A stretch of 64,000 nt of DNA from an uncultured Candidatus Saccharibacteria bacterium (GTDB taxonomy: Bacteria > Patescibacteriota > Minisyncoccia > GCA-002772825), in assembly GCA_964560655.1 (NCBI GenBank), contig CAZLLR010000001.1, positions 36,202-100,201 of the forward strand. Direction: 5' to 3'. Within the stretch, counting starts at the first letter, position 1, and every line of letters starts with the position of its first letter. Positions 1 to 10,137 of this stretch are shown here, one piece after another. The notes below the pieces were generated by a model. The model searched no databases. It saw only the letters and a list, made by a program, of their open reading frames with translations, and had not been told where the DNA came from. The position numbers and the translations under genes are program-made.

Positions 1-10
1 CGAGTTTGGC

Positions 11-1114
11 GTGCCCCTAACTATTATCGGAGCAAAGAGCGCTTTTAATAACATATTCAGATGGCTTTTAATCTTCTTTAAAGGGGTGAAGCTTATATTG
101 GTGAGGCATGATTATCCTGAAATACTTATTCTTGAGGTAGGAGTAGATCGCCCAAACGATATGGCAAAACTAAATTCATGGCTTAGGCTCGATATGGCTG
201 TTATTACCGGTTTTGGCAACATACCTGTGCATATAGAATTTTTCAAAAATGTAGATGAACTTATAAAAGAGAAGGTAAAATTGATCCGTAACTTCACTAC
301 AGAGAATTATGCGGTGCTAAACGGCGACGACCCTAAGTCACGCGAGCTTAAAGATAGGACCAAGGCCAACGTCATCACCTACGGTTTTGACGAAGATAAC
401 GACCTTGTCGCTTCAAACTACCATATACTTTATAAGAATAACGATGATTCAGGCATACCAGAAGGGATAACTTTCAAGATAGATTACGAAGGGAATATTA
501 TCCCTGTTCGTCTTTATAATATATTCGGTAAGCAAGCCGCTTATTCAGTACTTGCAGCACTTTCTATGGGGTTAGCATATCATCTAAACATTATAGAGAT
601 GTCAGAGTCACTAACTCGTTATCGTCCACCTGTGGCGCGACTCAACCTGATAAGTGGTGTGGGTAGAAGCTTTATCCTTGATGATACTTATAACTCTTCT
701 CCACTTGCTATGGAGATGGCGCTTGATACTCTGCGTGAGATAAAGACCAAGGGGAAAAAGATTGCCGTCTTAGGAGATATGTTAGAGCTTGGTAAGCATT
801 CTGCCGATGAACATAGGAGTATTGGCGAAAAGGTTGCTAACGTCGCTGATATATTAGTGACGTTAGGGATCAGGGCAAAGTTTATAGCTGAAGGAGCAAA
901 AGAAGCCGGCTTTAGAGAGAAAAATATCTATGAATTTGACGACCCTAGAGAAGCAGGAAAATTCCTGATAGATATTATAAGAGAAGGGGATTTGATACTA
1001 GTAAAAGGCTCTCAGTCTATAAGGGCGGAGAGAGTAGTGGAAGAGATAATGGCTCACCCAGAGAGCAAAGAAACCCTCCTTGCAAGACAAGAAAAAGAGT
1101 GGTTAAATAAGTGA
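11..1114 (+). CDS. murF: UDP-N-acetylmuramoyl-tripeptide--D-Ala-D-Ala ligase, 5' end truncated by window edge
   Basis: Mur ligase motifs ILEVGVDRPNDM, LNGDD, ILDDTYNSSP, AVLGDMLELG, LVKGSQ. Confidence 0.9.
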   Translation: MPLTIIGAKSAFNNIFRWLLIFFKGVKLILVRHDYPEILILEVGVDRPNDMAKLNSWLRLDMAVITGFGNIPVHIEFFKNVDELIKEKVKLIRNFTTENYAVLNGDDPKSRELKDRTKANVITYGFDEDNDLVASNYHILYKNNDDSGIPEGITFKIDYEGNIIPVRLYNIFGKQAAYSVLAALSMGLAYHLNIIEMSESLTRYRPPVARLNLISGVGRSFILDDTYNSSPLAMEMALDTLREIKTKGKKIAVLGDMLELGKHSADEHRSIGEKVANVADILVTLGIRAKFIAEGAKEAGFREKNIYEFDDPREAGKFLIDIIREGDLILVKGSQSIRAERVVEEIMAHPESKETLLARQEKEWLNK

Positions 1115-1122
1115 GACAATAA

Positions 1123-1194
1123 GGCCCTATCGTCTAACGGCTAGGACACATCCCTCTCACGGATGAAATCGGAGTTCGATTCTCCGTAGGGTCA
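1123..1194 (+). tRNA. tRNA-Glu (CTC)
   Basis: Acceptor stem GGCCCTA/TAGGGTC, anticodon arm CATCC-CT CTC AC-GGATG, T-arm CGGAG TTCGATT CTCCG; no encoded CCA. Confidence 0.95.
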
Positions 1195-1266
1195 TAACGA
1201 ACGAAGTAAGGTTGAACCTATAGCAAGCAATCTACACGAACAAGTAAGTGTATTTTATCATTTTCC

Positions 1267-1308
1267 TAAACGGCTCATTTTATATAATTATATAAAATGA
1301 GCCGTTTA
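1267..1308. repeat. 42-bp perfect loopless palindrome (AACGGCTCA family)
   Basis: TAAACGGCTCATTTTATATAA|TTATATAAAATGAGCCGTTTA. Confidence 0.9.
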
Positions 1309-1344
1309 ATTGTGTATAATACATATAAAGGAGATTAATTTATC

Positions 1345-1896
1345 ATGTCAGAGAAAAAGTTTTCATACACAATAAAGAAGAGTAAAAGAGCGAAAAGGAT
1401 GCGCCTCGCTGTGTATTGTGATGGGAGTGTGGTGGTGACAAGCCCAACGTGTGTAAGGCAGTCTGCTATAGATCAGTTTATAGCTGATAAGAAGAAGTGG
1501 GCGATAGGTAAGATCAATTTCTTTAGTAGTGTTGAGAGGAAGCCGGTCCGTGCCTTCTCTCGAGAAGACTATCTCAAGTACAAAGGCGAGACACTGAAGT
1601 TCGCAAAAGAGAGAGTAGAATTTTACAGTAGAGATCAAAGTTTTCCACTCAATAAAATCTGCATTAGAAATCAGAAGACACGCTGGGGCAGTTGCTCTAA
1701 GAGAGGAAATATTAATTTAAACTATAAGATATTCTTCCTTCCTGAGGCCCTGCGAGACTACATCATTGTCCATGAGTTGTGCCACTTGAAGGAGTTTAAC
1801 CACTCACAAAGCTTCTGGGCACTAGTAGGGGAGATAATCCCTAACTACATCAACATAAAGAAAGAGCTAAGAAAATACGAGTTGGCTTATAGATAA
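1345..1896 (+). CDS. M48/YgjP (DUF45) family zinc metallopeptidase-like protein
   Basis: QKTRWGSCS, YIIVHELCHLKEFNHSQSFW (HExxH); SD AAGGAG upstream. Confidence 0.9.
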   Translation: MSEKKFSYTIKKSKRAKRMRLAVYCDGSVVVTSPTCVRQSAIDQFIADKKKWAIGKINFFSSVERKPVRAFSREDYLKYKGETLKFAKERVEFYSRDQSFPLNKICIRNQKTRWGSCSKRGNINLNYKIFFLPEALRDYIIVHELCHLKEFNHSQSFWALVGEIIPNYINIKKELRKYELAYR

Positions 1897-1909
1897 AAAT
1901 AAATATAAA

Positions 1910-1941
1910 AAACCCGCTTTTATTGAAGAGTGAAAAGCGGG
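1910..1941. terminator. Bidirectional intrinsic terminator-like hairpin
   Basis: CCCGCTTTT...AAAAGCGGG with a flanking A-run, between convergent ORFs. Confidence 0.65.
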
Positions 1942-1998
1942 CTATTCGTCAAATGAGTCTATGTATTGTATAAAACTTTTTTCTCTTTTTTCTCCCAC
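1942..1998 (-). CDS. Candidate SD-led micropeptide MGEKREKSFIQYIDSFDE (alternative ATG frame 1959-2000 gives MWEKKEKKVLYNT)
   Basis: Perfect SD AAGGAGGTGA at 2002-2011 (minus); GTG-frame stop abuts the terminator hairpin. Confidence 0.35.
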   Translation of the reverse strand: MGEKREKSFIQYIDSFDE

Positions 1999-2200
1999 AT
2001 TTCACCTCCTTTCTATTTTAAGATTCTAAGCTAATTATATTATAATTATACTTTAATATAAAACCAACATATCAAGGTCGATCTTTTAGATGATAGTGGC
2101 GTAAAGGAACGTTATGAGGAATGTACATTTCTAAATAATTGTTGTATGATTTAAGTAGATAGCAATTAAATGTAATTTAATAATATAAAGGAGGTTCCAG

Positions 2201-2557
2201 ATGAAAGAGTCACTAGGGACACTTATGTCTTTTATAGACAATGCGTCAGTAGAGTCAATTATGATATTTATTGTAGTTATACTCTTTATACTGAACTTCT
2301 TTGATTGGAGGGCTTTTATCAAGAAGGCGGAATTTCTCTATAAGAGAGAGGTGGGATTTCCTACGGTAGCATGTTTACAATTAGGAAGTCTCTTTACTAT
2401 TATCATCCTTATGATAATAGGGATGTCTTACATAACTACTATTCTCTCTCTAATTTTAATGGGCCTATTTATTTTCCTGGAAAGGAAAAGGATTAATTTC
2501 TCTCAAAGTATAGATAGGCATCTCCATATGTCTGAAATCTCCAAAAATAATCCTTAA
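2201..2557 (+). CDS. Hypothetical membrane protein (about 3 TM)
   Basis: Hydrophobic segments; SD AAGGAGG. Confidence 0.7.
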   Translation: MKESLGTLMSFIDNASVESIMIFIVVILFILNFFDWRAFIKKAEFLYKREVGFPTVACLQLGSLFTIIILMIIGMSYITTILSLILMGLFIFLERKRINFSQSIDRHLHMSEISKNNP

Positions 2558-2568
2558 AGGAGGGAGTG

Positions 2569-2685
2569 ATGGAAGCTTTGAAAAGCATGAAGGTGGGAAT
2601 AGAAGATTTTATATTTTCAACCCTCTTTTTACTTATGTGGATGATACTATCAATTCTTTTTAACAAAGAATTGGACCCTGAGTGA
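2569..2685 (+). CDS. Small single-TM protein, 38 aa (MEALKSMKVGIEDFIFSTLFLLMWMILSILFNKELDPE)
   Basis: SD AAGGAGG overlapping the previous stop codon; below ORF-track cutoff. Confidence 0.5.
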   Translation: MEALKSMKVGIEDFIFSTLFLLMWMILSILFNKELDPE

Positions 2686-2746
2686 AAGAGGCTTTACCCG
2701 CGATGTGAATAACACCGCGGGATTTTTTTATGTTATAATTACTCGT

Positions 2747-5467
2747 ATGAATAAAGGAAAAGAATGGCATTCTCTCAAAATTAAAGAAATCACAGAGGAA
2801 TTTAAGTCAGACATAAACAAGGGATTAAGGGAGAGTCAAGTCCTCCTCAATAGACGAAGCTTTGGGTCTAATACTTTAAAAACTCCAAAGAAATTTAGAT
2901 TTTTAAAACTTCTTTGGTCGCAAATTAAGAGCCCTTTGGCTCTTATTCTTATCGTTGCCGGTATCCTTGCAGCCATACTAGGAGAATTTGCTGATTCTTT
3001 TGTTATATTTGCCGCAGTACTTATAAACACTTCTATAGGTATTTTCCAAGAAGGAAAAGCGGGGAAGACGTTCTCTGAGTTGGCATCCTCGCAAAAAAGA
3101 TGGACCACTGTCTTAAGAGATGGAGGAAAGCGTGTAGTATCCTCAAGTGAGTTAGTCCCCGGAGATGTCGTCTTAGTAAAAGCAGGGGATATTATCCCAG
3201 CTGACTTAAGGATAATAGAATCAAAAAATTTTGAGTCTAATGAATCAGCTCTTACTGGTGAATGGGGGTCCGTGCAAAAAGAAGCGATTATCCTTGAAGA
3301 GAAAGTTCGCGTGACAGAAAGGAAGAATATGCTCTGGTCTGGTACTCTTGTAGCCTCCGGCTGGGGAAAGACCATAGTAGTGAGAACAGGTATGAAGACA
3401 GAGCTAGGCAAAATTGCCGGTATGGTAAATGAGGGCGAGATACAAACTCCTTTCCAGAAAAATATAACTAAGCTTGCAAGGATTCTAAGCGTCATAATTC
3501 TCTTCACTCTTGTAATCATCTTTACTATCGGCCTATGGAAAGGTGAACCCCTTACCGAAATGTTTCTTCTCTCAGTAGCGATAGCTGTCGCTGCTATTCC
3601 TGAAGGATTACCTATTGCGGTGACTGTCGTCTTGGCTTTAGGTATGGGGCGGATACTAAAGAAAGGCGGACTAGTGAAGCATTTGTCAGCGGCAGAAACA
3701 TTAGGAAGCGCAACTGTTATATTAACGGATAAGACAGGCACACTAACCCAAGCAAAGATGCAGGTTGCCGGCATTATAACCCTCTCTTCACTTTCTAACA
3801 TTAAAAATATTCTTTTTAAAAATACAGACCAGAAGCAAACTCTAGATATGGCAATGCTCTCTGGTGATGCCTTTATAGAGAACCCGAAAGCTGCTTTCCA
3901 GGAATGGCTAATTCGTGGAGAGGCGATGGATAAAGCAATCCTTCTGGCTCGTATAGAGTCTGGAGATTTCCCAGATACAACAAGTAATGACACAAGGCTC
4001 GATTTCGTACCATTTGACGCGAAAAATAGATTTTCTGCATCGATGAATAAGGTGAAGGGAGGAGAAAACCGTATATACTTAAAAGGATCTCCTGAGCTAG
4101 TACTTGATATCTCAAGTAAAATATATCATGATGGAAAAGTTTTAAAGATTACAAAAATCCAGAAAGATAAATTAGAGAAAGCTTACTCTGATAAGACAAA
4201 CGAGGGTATGCGACTTATCGCTGTTGCTTATAAAGATGGTAAATGGAAGGATTTTAGCGAGTCAGGCGAATTAATGAAAGAAGTGTCGAATTCCTCCCAA
4301 GAACAGAAAGGGGGGAGTAATGCAGGTTTTATCTTCATGGGTTTCATCGCCTTCCATGACCCGATAAGACTTGATGTAAAAGACTCTATAAAGCTAGCCA
4401 GAGAGGCGGGGATAAGGACGATAATGGTAACAGGTGACCACAAGGTGACAGCTGAGAAGATTGCCAAAGAAGCAGGTATCACAAAGACTGGTAAGACAAT
4501 AGAAGGCTTCGAAATAGACGACTTAGACGAGAAGGCTCTTATGAAACTTGTAAAAGAAGTGTCTGTATTCGCACGTGTGCTACCTCATCAAAAGCTTAAA
4601 ATAGCCCAAGCATTGCAGAAAAATGGTGAGGTTGTCGCTATGACAGGAGACGGCGTCAACGACGCGCCAGCTCTCTCTAACGCTGATATAGGGGTAGCAC
4701 TCGGCTCTGGCACAGAGATAGCTAAAGAAGCTTCAGACTTAGTGCTGCTTGATAACAATTTTAGTATCATCGTATCGGCGATAGAAGAAGGTAGGAGGAT
4801 TGTTGGCAACTTGAAGAAGATTGTTACTTATCTCCTATCAACTGGTTTTAGTGAGATAATACTTGTCGGTTTCTCTCTTTCTGTCGGGTTACCTCTGCCA
4901 GTACTTCCAGTCCAGATCTTATGGACAAATATCATAGAAGAAGGATTTATGAATTTTGCATTCGCTTTTGAACCGAAAGAGGATGGGCTTATGACTCGTC
5001 AAGCAAATAGTAAGACCGACAGTAATATACTTACTAAAGATATTAAGACACTTGTTCTCACTATATCTGTGATAACCTCTTCATTTCTTATCGGCTTATA
5101 CTTAATCTTATTATCCTTGAATCTTCCAATAGAAGAAGTAAGGACAATAATGTTTGCAGGACTATCTATAGATTCGATATTCTTCACTTTCTCTTTAAAG
5201 AATTTAAGTGCGCCTATCTGGCGAATAAACCTTCTCTCAAATAAATATTTGATCATCGCTTTTCTTGTAAGCATTTTTTCTCTTCTTATAGCCTTATTTT
5301 TACCTCCAATCCAGAAGCTCCTTTCTCTGACGTCACTCTCTATGTATGACTTACTTCTTGTAGTCGGTATAGGATTATTTAATCTTATCTCTATAGAGGC
5401 AGTAAAATACTTCATCTTTGAAAGACGAACTAAGACTAGACTTAAACGAAAAGTAGTATCTGTTTAA
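2747..5467 (+). CDS. Cation-transporting P-type ATPase (P2A/Ca2+-type)
   Basis: ESALTGE, AIPEGLP, DKTGTLT phosphorylation motif, TGDH, MTGDGVNDAPAL. Confidence 0.95.
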   Translation: MNKGKEWHSLKIKEITEEFKSDINKGLRESQVLLNRRSFGSNTLKTPKKFRFLKLLWSQIKSPLALILIVAGILAAILGEFADSFVIFAAVLINTSIGIFQEGKAGKTFSELASSQKRWTTVLRDGGKRVVSSSELVPGDVVLVKAGDIIPADLRIIESKNFESNESALTGEWGSVQKEAIILEEKVRVTERKNMLWSGTLVASGWGKTIVVRTGMKTELGKIAGMVNEGEIQTPFQKNITKLARILSVIILFTLVIIFTIGLWKGEPLTEMFLLSVAIAVAAIPEGLPIAVTVVLALGMGRILKKGGLVKHLSAAETLGSATVILTDKTGTLTQAKMQVAGIITLSSLSNIKNILFKNTDQKQTLDMAMLSGDAFIENPKAAFQEWLIRGEAMDKAILLARIESGDFPDTTSNDTRLDFVPFDAKNRFSASMNKVKGGENRIYLKGSPELVLDISSKIYHDGKVLKITKIQKDKLEKAYSDKTNEGMRLIAVAYKDGKWKDFSESGELMKEVSNSSQEQKGGSNAGFIFMGFIAFHDPIRLDVKDSIKLAREAGIRTIMVTGDHKVTAEKIAKEAGITKTGKTIEGFEIDDLDEKALMKLVKEVSVFARVLPHQKLKIAQALQKNGEVVAMTGDGVNDAPALSNADIGVALGSGTEIAKEASDLVLLDNNFSIIVSAIEEGRRIVGNLKKIVTYLLSTGFSEIILVGFSLSVGLPLPVLPVQILWTNIIEEGFMNFAFAFEPKEDGLMTRQANSKTDSNILTKDIKTLVLTISVITSSFLIGLYLILLSLNLPIEEVRTIMFAGLSIDSIFFTFSLKNLSAPIWRINLLSNKYLIIAFLVSIFSLLIALFLPPIQKLLSLTSLSMYDLLLVVGIGLFNLISIEAVKYFIFERRTKTRLKRKVVSV

Positions 5468-5487
5468 ATTTATGATAAAATCTTAAT

Positions 5488-6441
5488 ATGCCTATATATT
5501 TCTATCTATTAATTTTCATAATTTCTTTTTTAGTTATAGCTAAATCTAGCGCTCTTCTCGTACAATCACTGACTCACATGGCGCGCTTCTTTGGACTCTC
5601 GGAGTACTTCATAGCTTTTATCTTTATGAGCATCGCCACCTCTATGCCGGAGTTTTTTATAGGTATATCCTCTACTATCCAAAACACATCCTCTCTTTCT
5701 TTCGGCAATATACTTGGCGCTAATCTTATAAACCTCACTCTGGTTATAGGTGTAGTAGCTCTTCTCTCTAAGGGAATTACCGTCGAGAGTAAGATTTCTA
5801 AGAGGAATTTCCTCCTTATATTCTTTATCGCTTTTCTTCCTATCCTTCTTATCTCAGACGGTGTTATTTCAAGGGGAGACGGCATTATCCTACTTGTATC
5901 ATTTATCATATATTCTTTTATGTTGATAGGAGAGAGAGAATACTTTACTAAGATACTAAAAGAGGTTAATTTTAATGGTGAAAGTATCTTCAATGCAGTG
6001 AGAAACCTTTGGCGTTTCTTCTTAGGGGTGTCACTTCTTATTGGTGGTTCTTTTATTCTTGTATGGTCTGGCAAGACACTAGCAGGAGACTTAAATATAG
6101 GCCTCATCTATTTTGGGATAATATTTATTGCTTTAGGTACTGCACTTCCAGAGCTTATGTTTGGGATAAGAGCTTCTCTTATGAAGCATTCGTCGATGAC
6201 ACTCGGAAATTCATTAGGGAGTATAGCTTTCAACTCTACTTTCATACTTGGTATCATGGCAATTATAAGGCCTATCTATTTTACCCCTGAGATCAAATTT
6301 ATAATAACAGCCTTTTTTCTTTTCTCTGCTTTTCTACTTTTCAACTTCTTCGCATATTCACGTAGTACTATTTCAAGACGAGAGGGATTTATGCTAATAT
6401 TAGTTTATGTTGCCTTTCTGACAGCTCAGTATTTAGTCTAA
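5488..6441 (+). CDS. Sodium:calcium antiporter (YrbG/CaCA family)
   Basis: Two alpha repeats ATSMPE...GNILGAN and GTALPE...GNSLGS; multi-TM. Confidence 0.9.
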   Translation: MPIYFYLLIFIISFLVIAKSSALLVQSLTHMARFFGLSEYFIAFIFMSIATSMPEFFIGISSTIQNTSSLSFGNILGANLINLTLVIGVVALLSKGITVESKISKRNFLLIFFIAFLPILLISDGVISRGDGIILLVSFIIYSFMLIGEREYFTKILKEVNFNGESIFNAVRNLWRFFLGVSLLIGGSFILVWSGKTLAGDLNIGLIYFGIIFIALGTALPELMFGIRASLMKHSSMTLGNSLGSIAFNSTFILGIMAIIRPIYFTPEIKFIITAFFLFSAFLLFNFFAYSRSTISRREGFMLILVYVAFLTAQYLV

Positions 6442-6456
6442 ACTCATAATAATCCC

Positions 6457-7512
6457 ATGAACGTATTTCTTTTTATATTAATTTTTTTAATAGGTGGTAT
6501 TATCGTCGGCGGGATAGTCGCTTGGTTTATGTCGCAAAAAAAGAATGGTAGTAAAGATGAGGGCGGTATGCTCATGATGCAAGAACAACTTAAAGAGATC
6601 AGAAGCACCCTTGATGCCAAACTTAGCGAATCTGCGAAGAACACCTCAGAGACTATCCATAGGCAATTTGGGGAGAGTGCCAAGATAATCCGCGACGTAA
6701 CAGAGCGTCTTGTAAAGCTCGATGAGACGAACAAGCAAGTGGTAAATTTCGCCGACCAGCTAAAGAGCTTGCAGGATATACTCAAAAACCCTAAGCAAAG
6801 AGGTGTCCTTGGTGAGTATTACTTAGAAACTCTTTTGAAAAACGTCCTCCCTCCTGGAAACTACCAAATGCAATATGCTTTTAAGAATGGCGAGATAGTC
6901 GATGCGGTAGTTTTCGTGAAAGATAAGATTATCCCTATAGACTCTAAATTCTCACTAGAGAACTATAACCGTATGGTAGAGGCACGCGACCCTCTAGAGA
7001 AAGACCGTCTTGAGAAGGTGTTTACGGGCGACTTAAAGCTTCGTATCCAAGAGACTGGAAAATATATCCGACCGAATGAGGGCACTATGGAGTTCGCTTT
7101 TATGTTTATACCTCATGAAGCGATTTACTATGATCTATTAGTGAACAAGATAGGTATGGTGACGGATGATACAGAGAACCTTATCCAGCGAGCAGCTAGT
7201 AAATATAAAGTGATTATTGTGTCGCCGACCTCTTTCTTAGCATATCTCCAGACAGTGCTTCAGGGACTTAAGGCAATGCAGATAGAAGACACAGCGAAAG
7301 ACATTATCAAACGTGTAGGAGAACTTGGACAACACCTCTCAAAATATGATAAATATATGGGGAAACTTGGTAATTCACTTTCTACAAGTGTAAATGCCTA
7401 CAATACTGCCCATAAAGAACTCAATAAGGTAGACAAGGATATCTTCCGTATCTCTGGTGATACAGTGGGGATAGACGCAATAGTGATTGATAAGCCCGAT
7501 ATGGATGAATAG
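6457..7512 (+). CDS. rmuC: DNA recombination protein RmuC
   Basis: N-terminal TM plus coiled coil; NPKQRGVLGE, IPIDSKFS, MFIPHEA, VSPTS. Confidence 0.92.
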   Translation: MNVFLFILIFLIGGIIVGGIVAWFMSQKKNGSKDEGGMLMMQEQLKEIRSTLDAKLSESAKNTSETIHRQFGESAKIIRDVTERLVKLDETNKQVVNFADQLKSLQDILKNPKQRGVLGEYYLETLLKNVLPPGNYQMQYAFKNGEIVDAVVFVKDKIIPIDSKFSLENYNRMVEARDPLEKDRLEKVFTGDLKLRIQETGKYIRPNEGTMEFAFMFIPHEAIYYDLLVNKIGMVTDDTENLIQRAASKYKVIIVSPTSFLAYLQTVLQGLKAMQIEDTAKDIIKRVGELGQHLSKYDKYMGKLGNSLSTSVNAYNTAHKELNKVDKDIFRISGDTVGIDAIVIDKPDMDE

Positions 7513-7553
7513 CCCAACGGCTAATATCTTTTTATCTTAGCCGTTGGGCTATT
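7508..7553. terminator. Hairpin after rmuC (AACGGCT family)
   Basis: 17-bp stem AATAGCCCAACGGCTAA/TTAGCCGTTGGGCTATT. Confidence 0.65.
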
Positions 7554-7659
7554 ATATATCGCCGTCCGACACTCATATATTTAATACAAGAGCGTTTGTT
7601 CCGTCTTTAGCGAGTGTGGGGTTGCTTTTTTTATCAGATTGTATAATATATAGACTAAT

Positions 7660-7974
7660 ATGAAATTCGCTGTGATAAAAACAGGAGGAAAACAATACCT
7701 TGTTGAGGCAGGTACTGTTTTAAAAGTAGAGAAGTTGCCTGAACTTGAAGAGGGGACTAAGGTTATCTTTGACGAGGTTCTTATGATGGGCGACGACAAA
7801 GACATCACTATCGGTACTCCCTTCATAGAGAAAGCATCTATAGAAGCAACTCACGAAGGAAACGGAAGAAATAAGAAAGTTGTAGTAATAAGATATAAAT
7901 CAAAAACTCGCCAAATGAAGAAAAAAGGGCACAAACAACACTATACTAAAGTCAAAATTGGAGAAATCAAATAA
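7660..7974 (+). CDS. rplU: 50S ribosomal protein L21
   Basis: FAVIKTGGKQYLV...KKKGHKQHYTKVKI. Confidence 0.97.
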   Translation: MKFAVIKTGGKQYLVEAGTVLKVEKLPELEEGTKVIFDEVLMMGDDKDITIGTPFIEKASIEATHEGNGRNKKVVVIRYKSKTRQMKKKGHKQHYTKVKIGEIK

Positions 7975-7986
7975 ATATTTAAACTA

Positions 7987-8030
7987 TTATTAAAAAACAC
8001 CTCGGTTCAATACCGAGGTGTTTTTTAATA
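7987..8030. terminator. Bidirectional terminator between rplU and recR
   Basis: TATTAAAAAACACCTCGGT...ACCGAGGTGTTTTTTAATA. Confidence 0.8.
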
Positions 8031-8064
8031 TCGTAAACTATCAAAAAGGGGGCTTTTTGATAGT

Positions 8065-8700
8065 TTACCCCCTGTTTTTAAGAGCGCTCGAAAGGGTACT
8101 TGAGTCAGAGTATTCGAGCTCAGTGCCAGTGGAGAGACCTCTACCGAGGACACTTATCTTGAGTTTAAAGTTAGAAGCGAGTGGTTCGAGTATCTTCTTA
8201 AGGTATTGAACAGTGTTCTCTCCTTCAAGAGTAGCACTAGTAGCTATTATGACTTCACTCAAGTTTGAACCTTTAGAAAGCTTAGCTTTTTTCTGTACAA
8301 GATTAAACAGCTCTTTAGCGCGTATTCTGGCGGTCGGTTCTGTCTCAGAAAGAGGTATCACCCCACCAAGTATAAAGTAGAGTCCATTGTATATATGAGA
8401 CCTCTCTATATTTTCAAAGTCGACATCCTTCTCCACTACAAGAAGAATAGACCCGTCTCTTGATTGGTCTCTACAGATATTACACATACTCTCTCCTCCC
8501 TCCTTTAACTCAAAAAAACGAAAGCATTCGGGGCAACGCCTCACACTTTCCCTTAATTTTATGAGTAGAGAGGAGAGTTCTTTGACAAACCTTTCATCAG
8601 TAGCAGATAAAAAATAAGCAAATCTTCGAGCTTGCTTAGGGCCTATACCCGGAAATTTAAGAAAATATTCCGCTACTTTTTCTAATATATTATGAGGCAT
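8065..8700 (-). CDS. recR: Recombination mediator RecR
   Basis: FPGIGPKQARR HhH, CxxC..CxxC zinc finger, Toprim, GTELEYSD. Confidence 0.95.
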   Translation of the reverse strand: MPHNILEKVAEYFLKFPGIGPKQARRFAYFLSATDERFVKELSSLLIKLRESVRRCPECFRFFELKEGGESMCNICRDQSRDGSILLVVEKDVDFENIERSHIYNGLYFILGGVIPLSETEPTARIRAKELFNLVQKKAKLSKGSNLSEVIIATSATLEGENTVQYLKKILEPLASNFKLKISVLGRGLSTGTELEYSDSSTLSSALKNRG

Positions 8701-8706
8701 TATTTT

Positions 8707-10065
8707 TTATATATTACCGAAGTCACCTTTTTCTATGCTAGAGAAACTTACTTTCTTTTCGTTGAAGTATAACTCTACATTTCCAGTAGGGCCATTTCTG
8801 TGCTTCTCTACCATAATCTGAGCGATATTTTTTTTCTCAGTCTCTCGGTATTTATCTTCACGATATATAAACATTACGACATCAGCATCTTGCTCTATAG
8901 ACCCTGAGTCTCGTAAATCAGAAAGACGAGGTATACCGCCACGTTGCTCTACAGATCTTGAGAGTTGAGAGAGTGCAAGTACGGGCACGTCGAGCTCACG
9001 AGCAAGCTGTTTTAGAGAACGAGAGATCTCAGTAATCTGTTGGACCATAGAGTCTGTGTGCTTACGGGGAGACATAAGCTGGAGGTAGTCTACAATAATA
9101 AGCCCTAAGCCGTGCTGACTCTGCATCCTCCTTGCGGCAGATCGCATCTTGATAATATTGTTTGAAGCGTCATCATCTATGAAGATAGGCGCTTTTGAAA
9201 GTCTGTCCATGGCGTCACGTATTCTTGCAAATTCGTCTTCTCCAGTAAGGCGCCCTGTCCTAAGCTTCCAAGAGTCCACATGCGCCTCTGAGGCAAGCAT
9301 GCGGTCAGCTAGCTGACCGACACTCATTTCAAGAGAAAAAATACCTACCGGGATATTATGCTTAATAGCTGTACCCCTTGCTATATCAAGAGCAAGGGAT
9401 GTCTTTCCGTGAGAGGGCCTGGCAGCAAGTATCACGAGGTCTGATTTCTGAAGGCCGGCAAGTAGGTTATCAAGTTCATGAAAGCCAGTCGGTATTCCAC
9501 GTATCTCATCTGTAGATTTATTTAAATTATCGATCCTTTCCCATGCTTCACCTAGAGCATCTCCTATAGCGACGAAATTCTTATTATTGGAAGTTTGGGA
9601 AATATCAAAAATACTCTTTTCAGCCTGATCAAGTAATATGTCTATATCTTCATTTTCATCATACCCAAACCCTGATATTTGGTGAGAAGCGCCTATAAGG
9701 TCGCGAAGGATTCTCTTCCTGTGGACTATCTCTGCATAATATTTAGCGTTTGAAGCGGAAGGCACAGAATTAACGAGTTCTGTGAGGTAGCTGTTACCAC
9801 CCACTTCGTCCAAAACCTTCTGCTCTTTGAGTCTATTAGAGACAGATAGAAAATCTATAGGGTCATGATTGTGAAAAAGCTCAAATATCGTCTTATAGAT
9901 AATCCTATTTTTATCGTGGTAGAAATCACCTTCTTCTATAAGATCTACCACTTCATGCATCGCTTCAGTATCAAGCATTATAGAGCCGAGTACGGATTTC
10001 TCCGCATCAAGGCTATGAGGTGGAATGCGAACGAGACCTGACTGAGCATTAACTTCATTTGTCAT
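8707..10065 (-). CDS. dnaB: Replicative DNA helicase
   Basis: PPHSLDAE, AARPSHGKT, IVDYLQLM, DLRDSGSIEQDAD, KHRNGPTG; no intein. Confidence 0.98.
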   Translation of the reverse strand: MTNEVNAQSGLVRIPPHSLDAEKSVLGSIMLDTEAMHEVVDLIEEGDFYHDKNRIIYKTIFELFHNHDPIDFLSVSNRLKEQKVLDEVGGNSYLTELVNSVPSASNAKYYAEIVHRKRILRDLIGASHQISGFGYDENEDIDILLDQAEKSIFDISQTSNNKNFVAIGDALGEAWERIDNLNKSTDEIRGIPTGFHELDNLLAGLQKSDLVILAARPSHGKTSLALDIARGTAIKHNIPVGIFSLEMSVGQLADRMLASEAHVDSWKLRTGRLTGEDEFARIRDAMDRLSKAPIFIDDDASNNIIKMRSAARRMQSQHGLGLIIVDYLQLMSPRKHTDSMVQQITEISRSLKQLARELDVPVLALSQLSRSVEQRGGIPRLSDLRDSGSIEQDADVVMFIYREDKYRETEKKNIAQIMVEKHRNGPTGNVELYFNEKKVSFSSIEKGDFGNI

Positions 10066-10137
10066 AATAGGATTTTAACATAGATAAGATAAACTCCAAA
10101 ATATCTAGGAGCCATTGACTAATTTCTCTTTAAGCCT

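Noticed and set aside
2836-3993. 385-aa antisense ORF, and similar shadows inside rpoB, rpoC, apbE and the GT4 gene
   Set aside because: Antisense shadows of well-supported genes.
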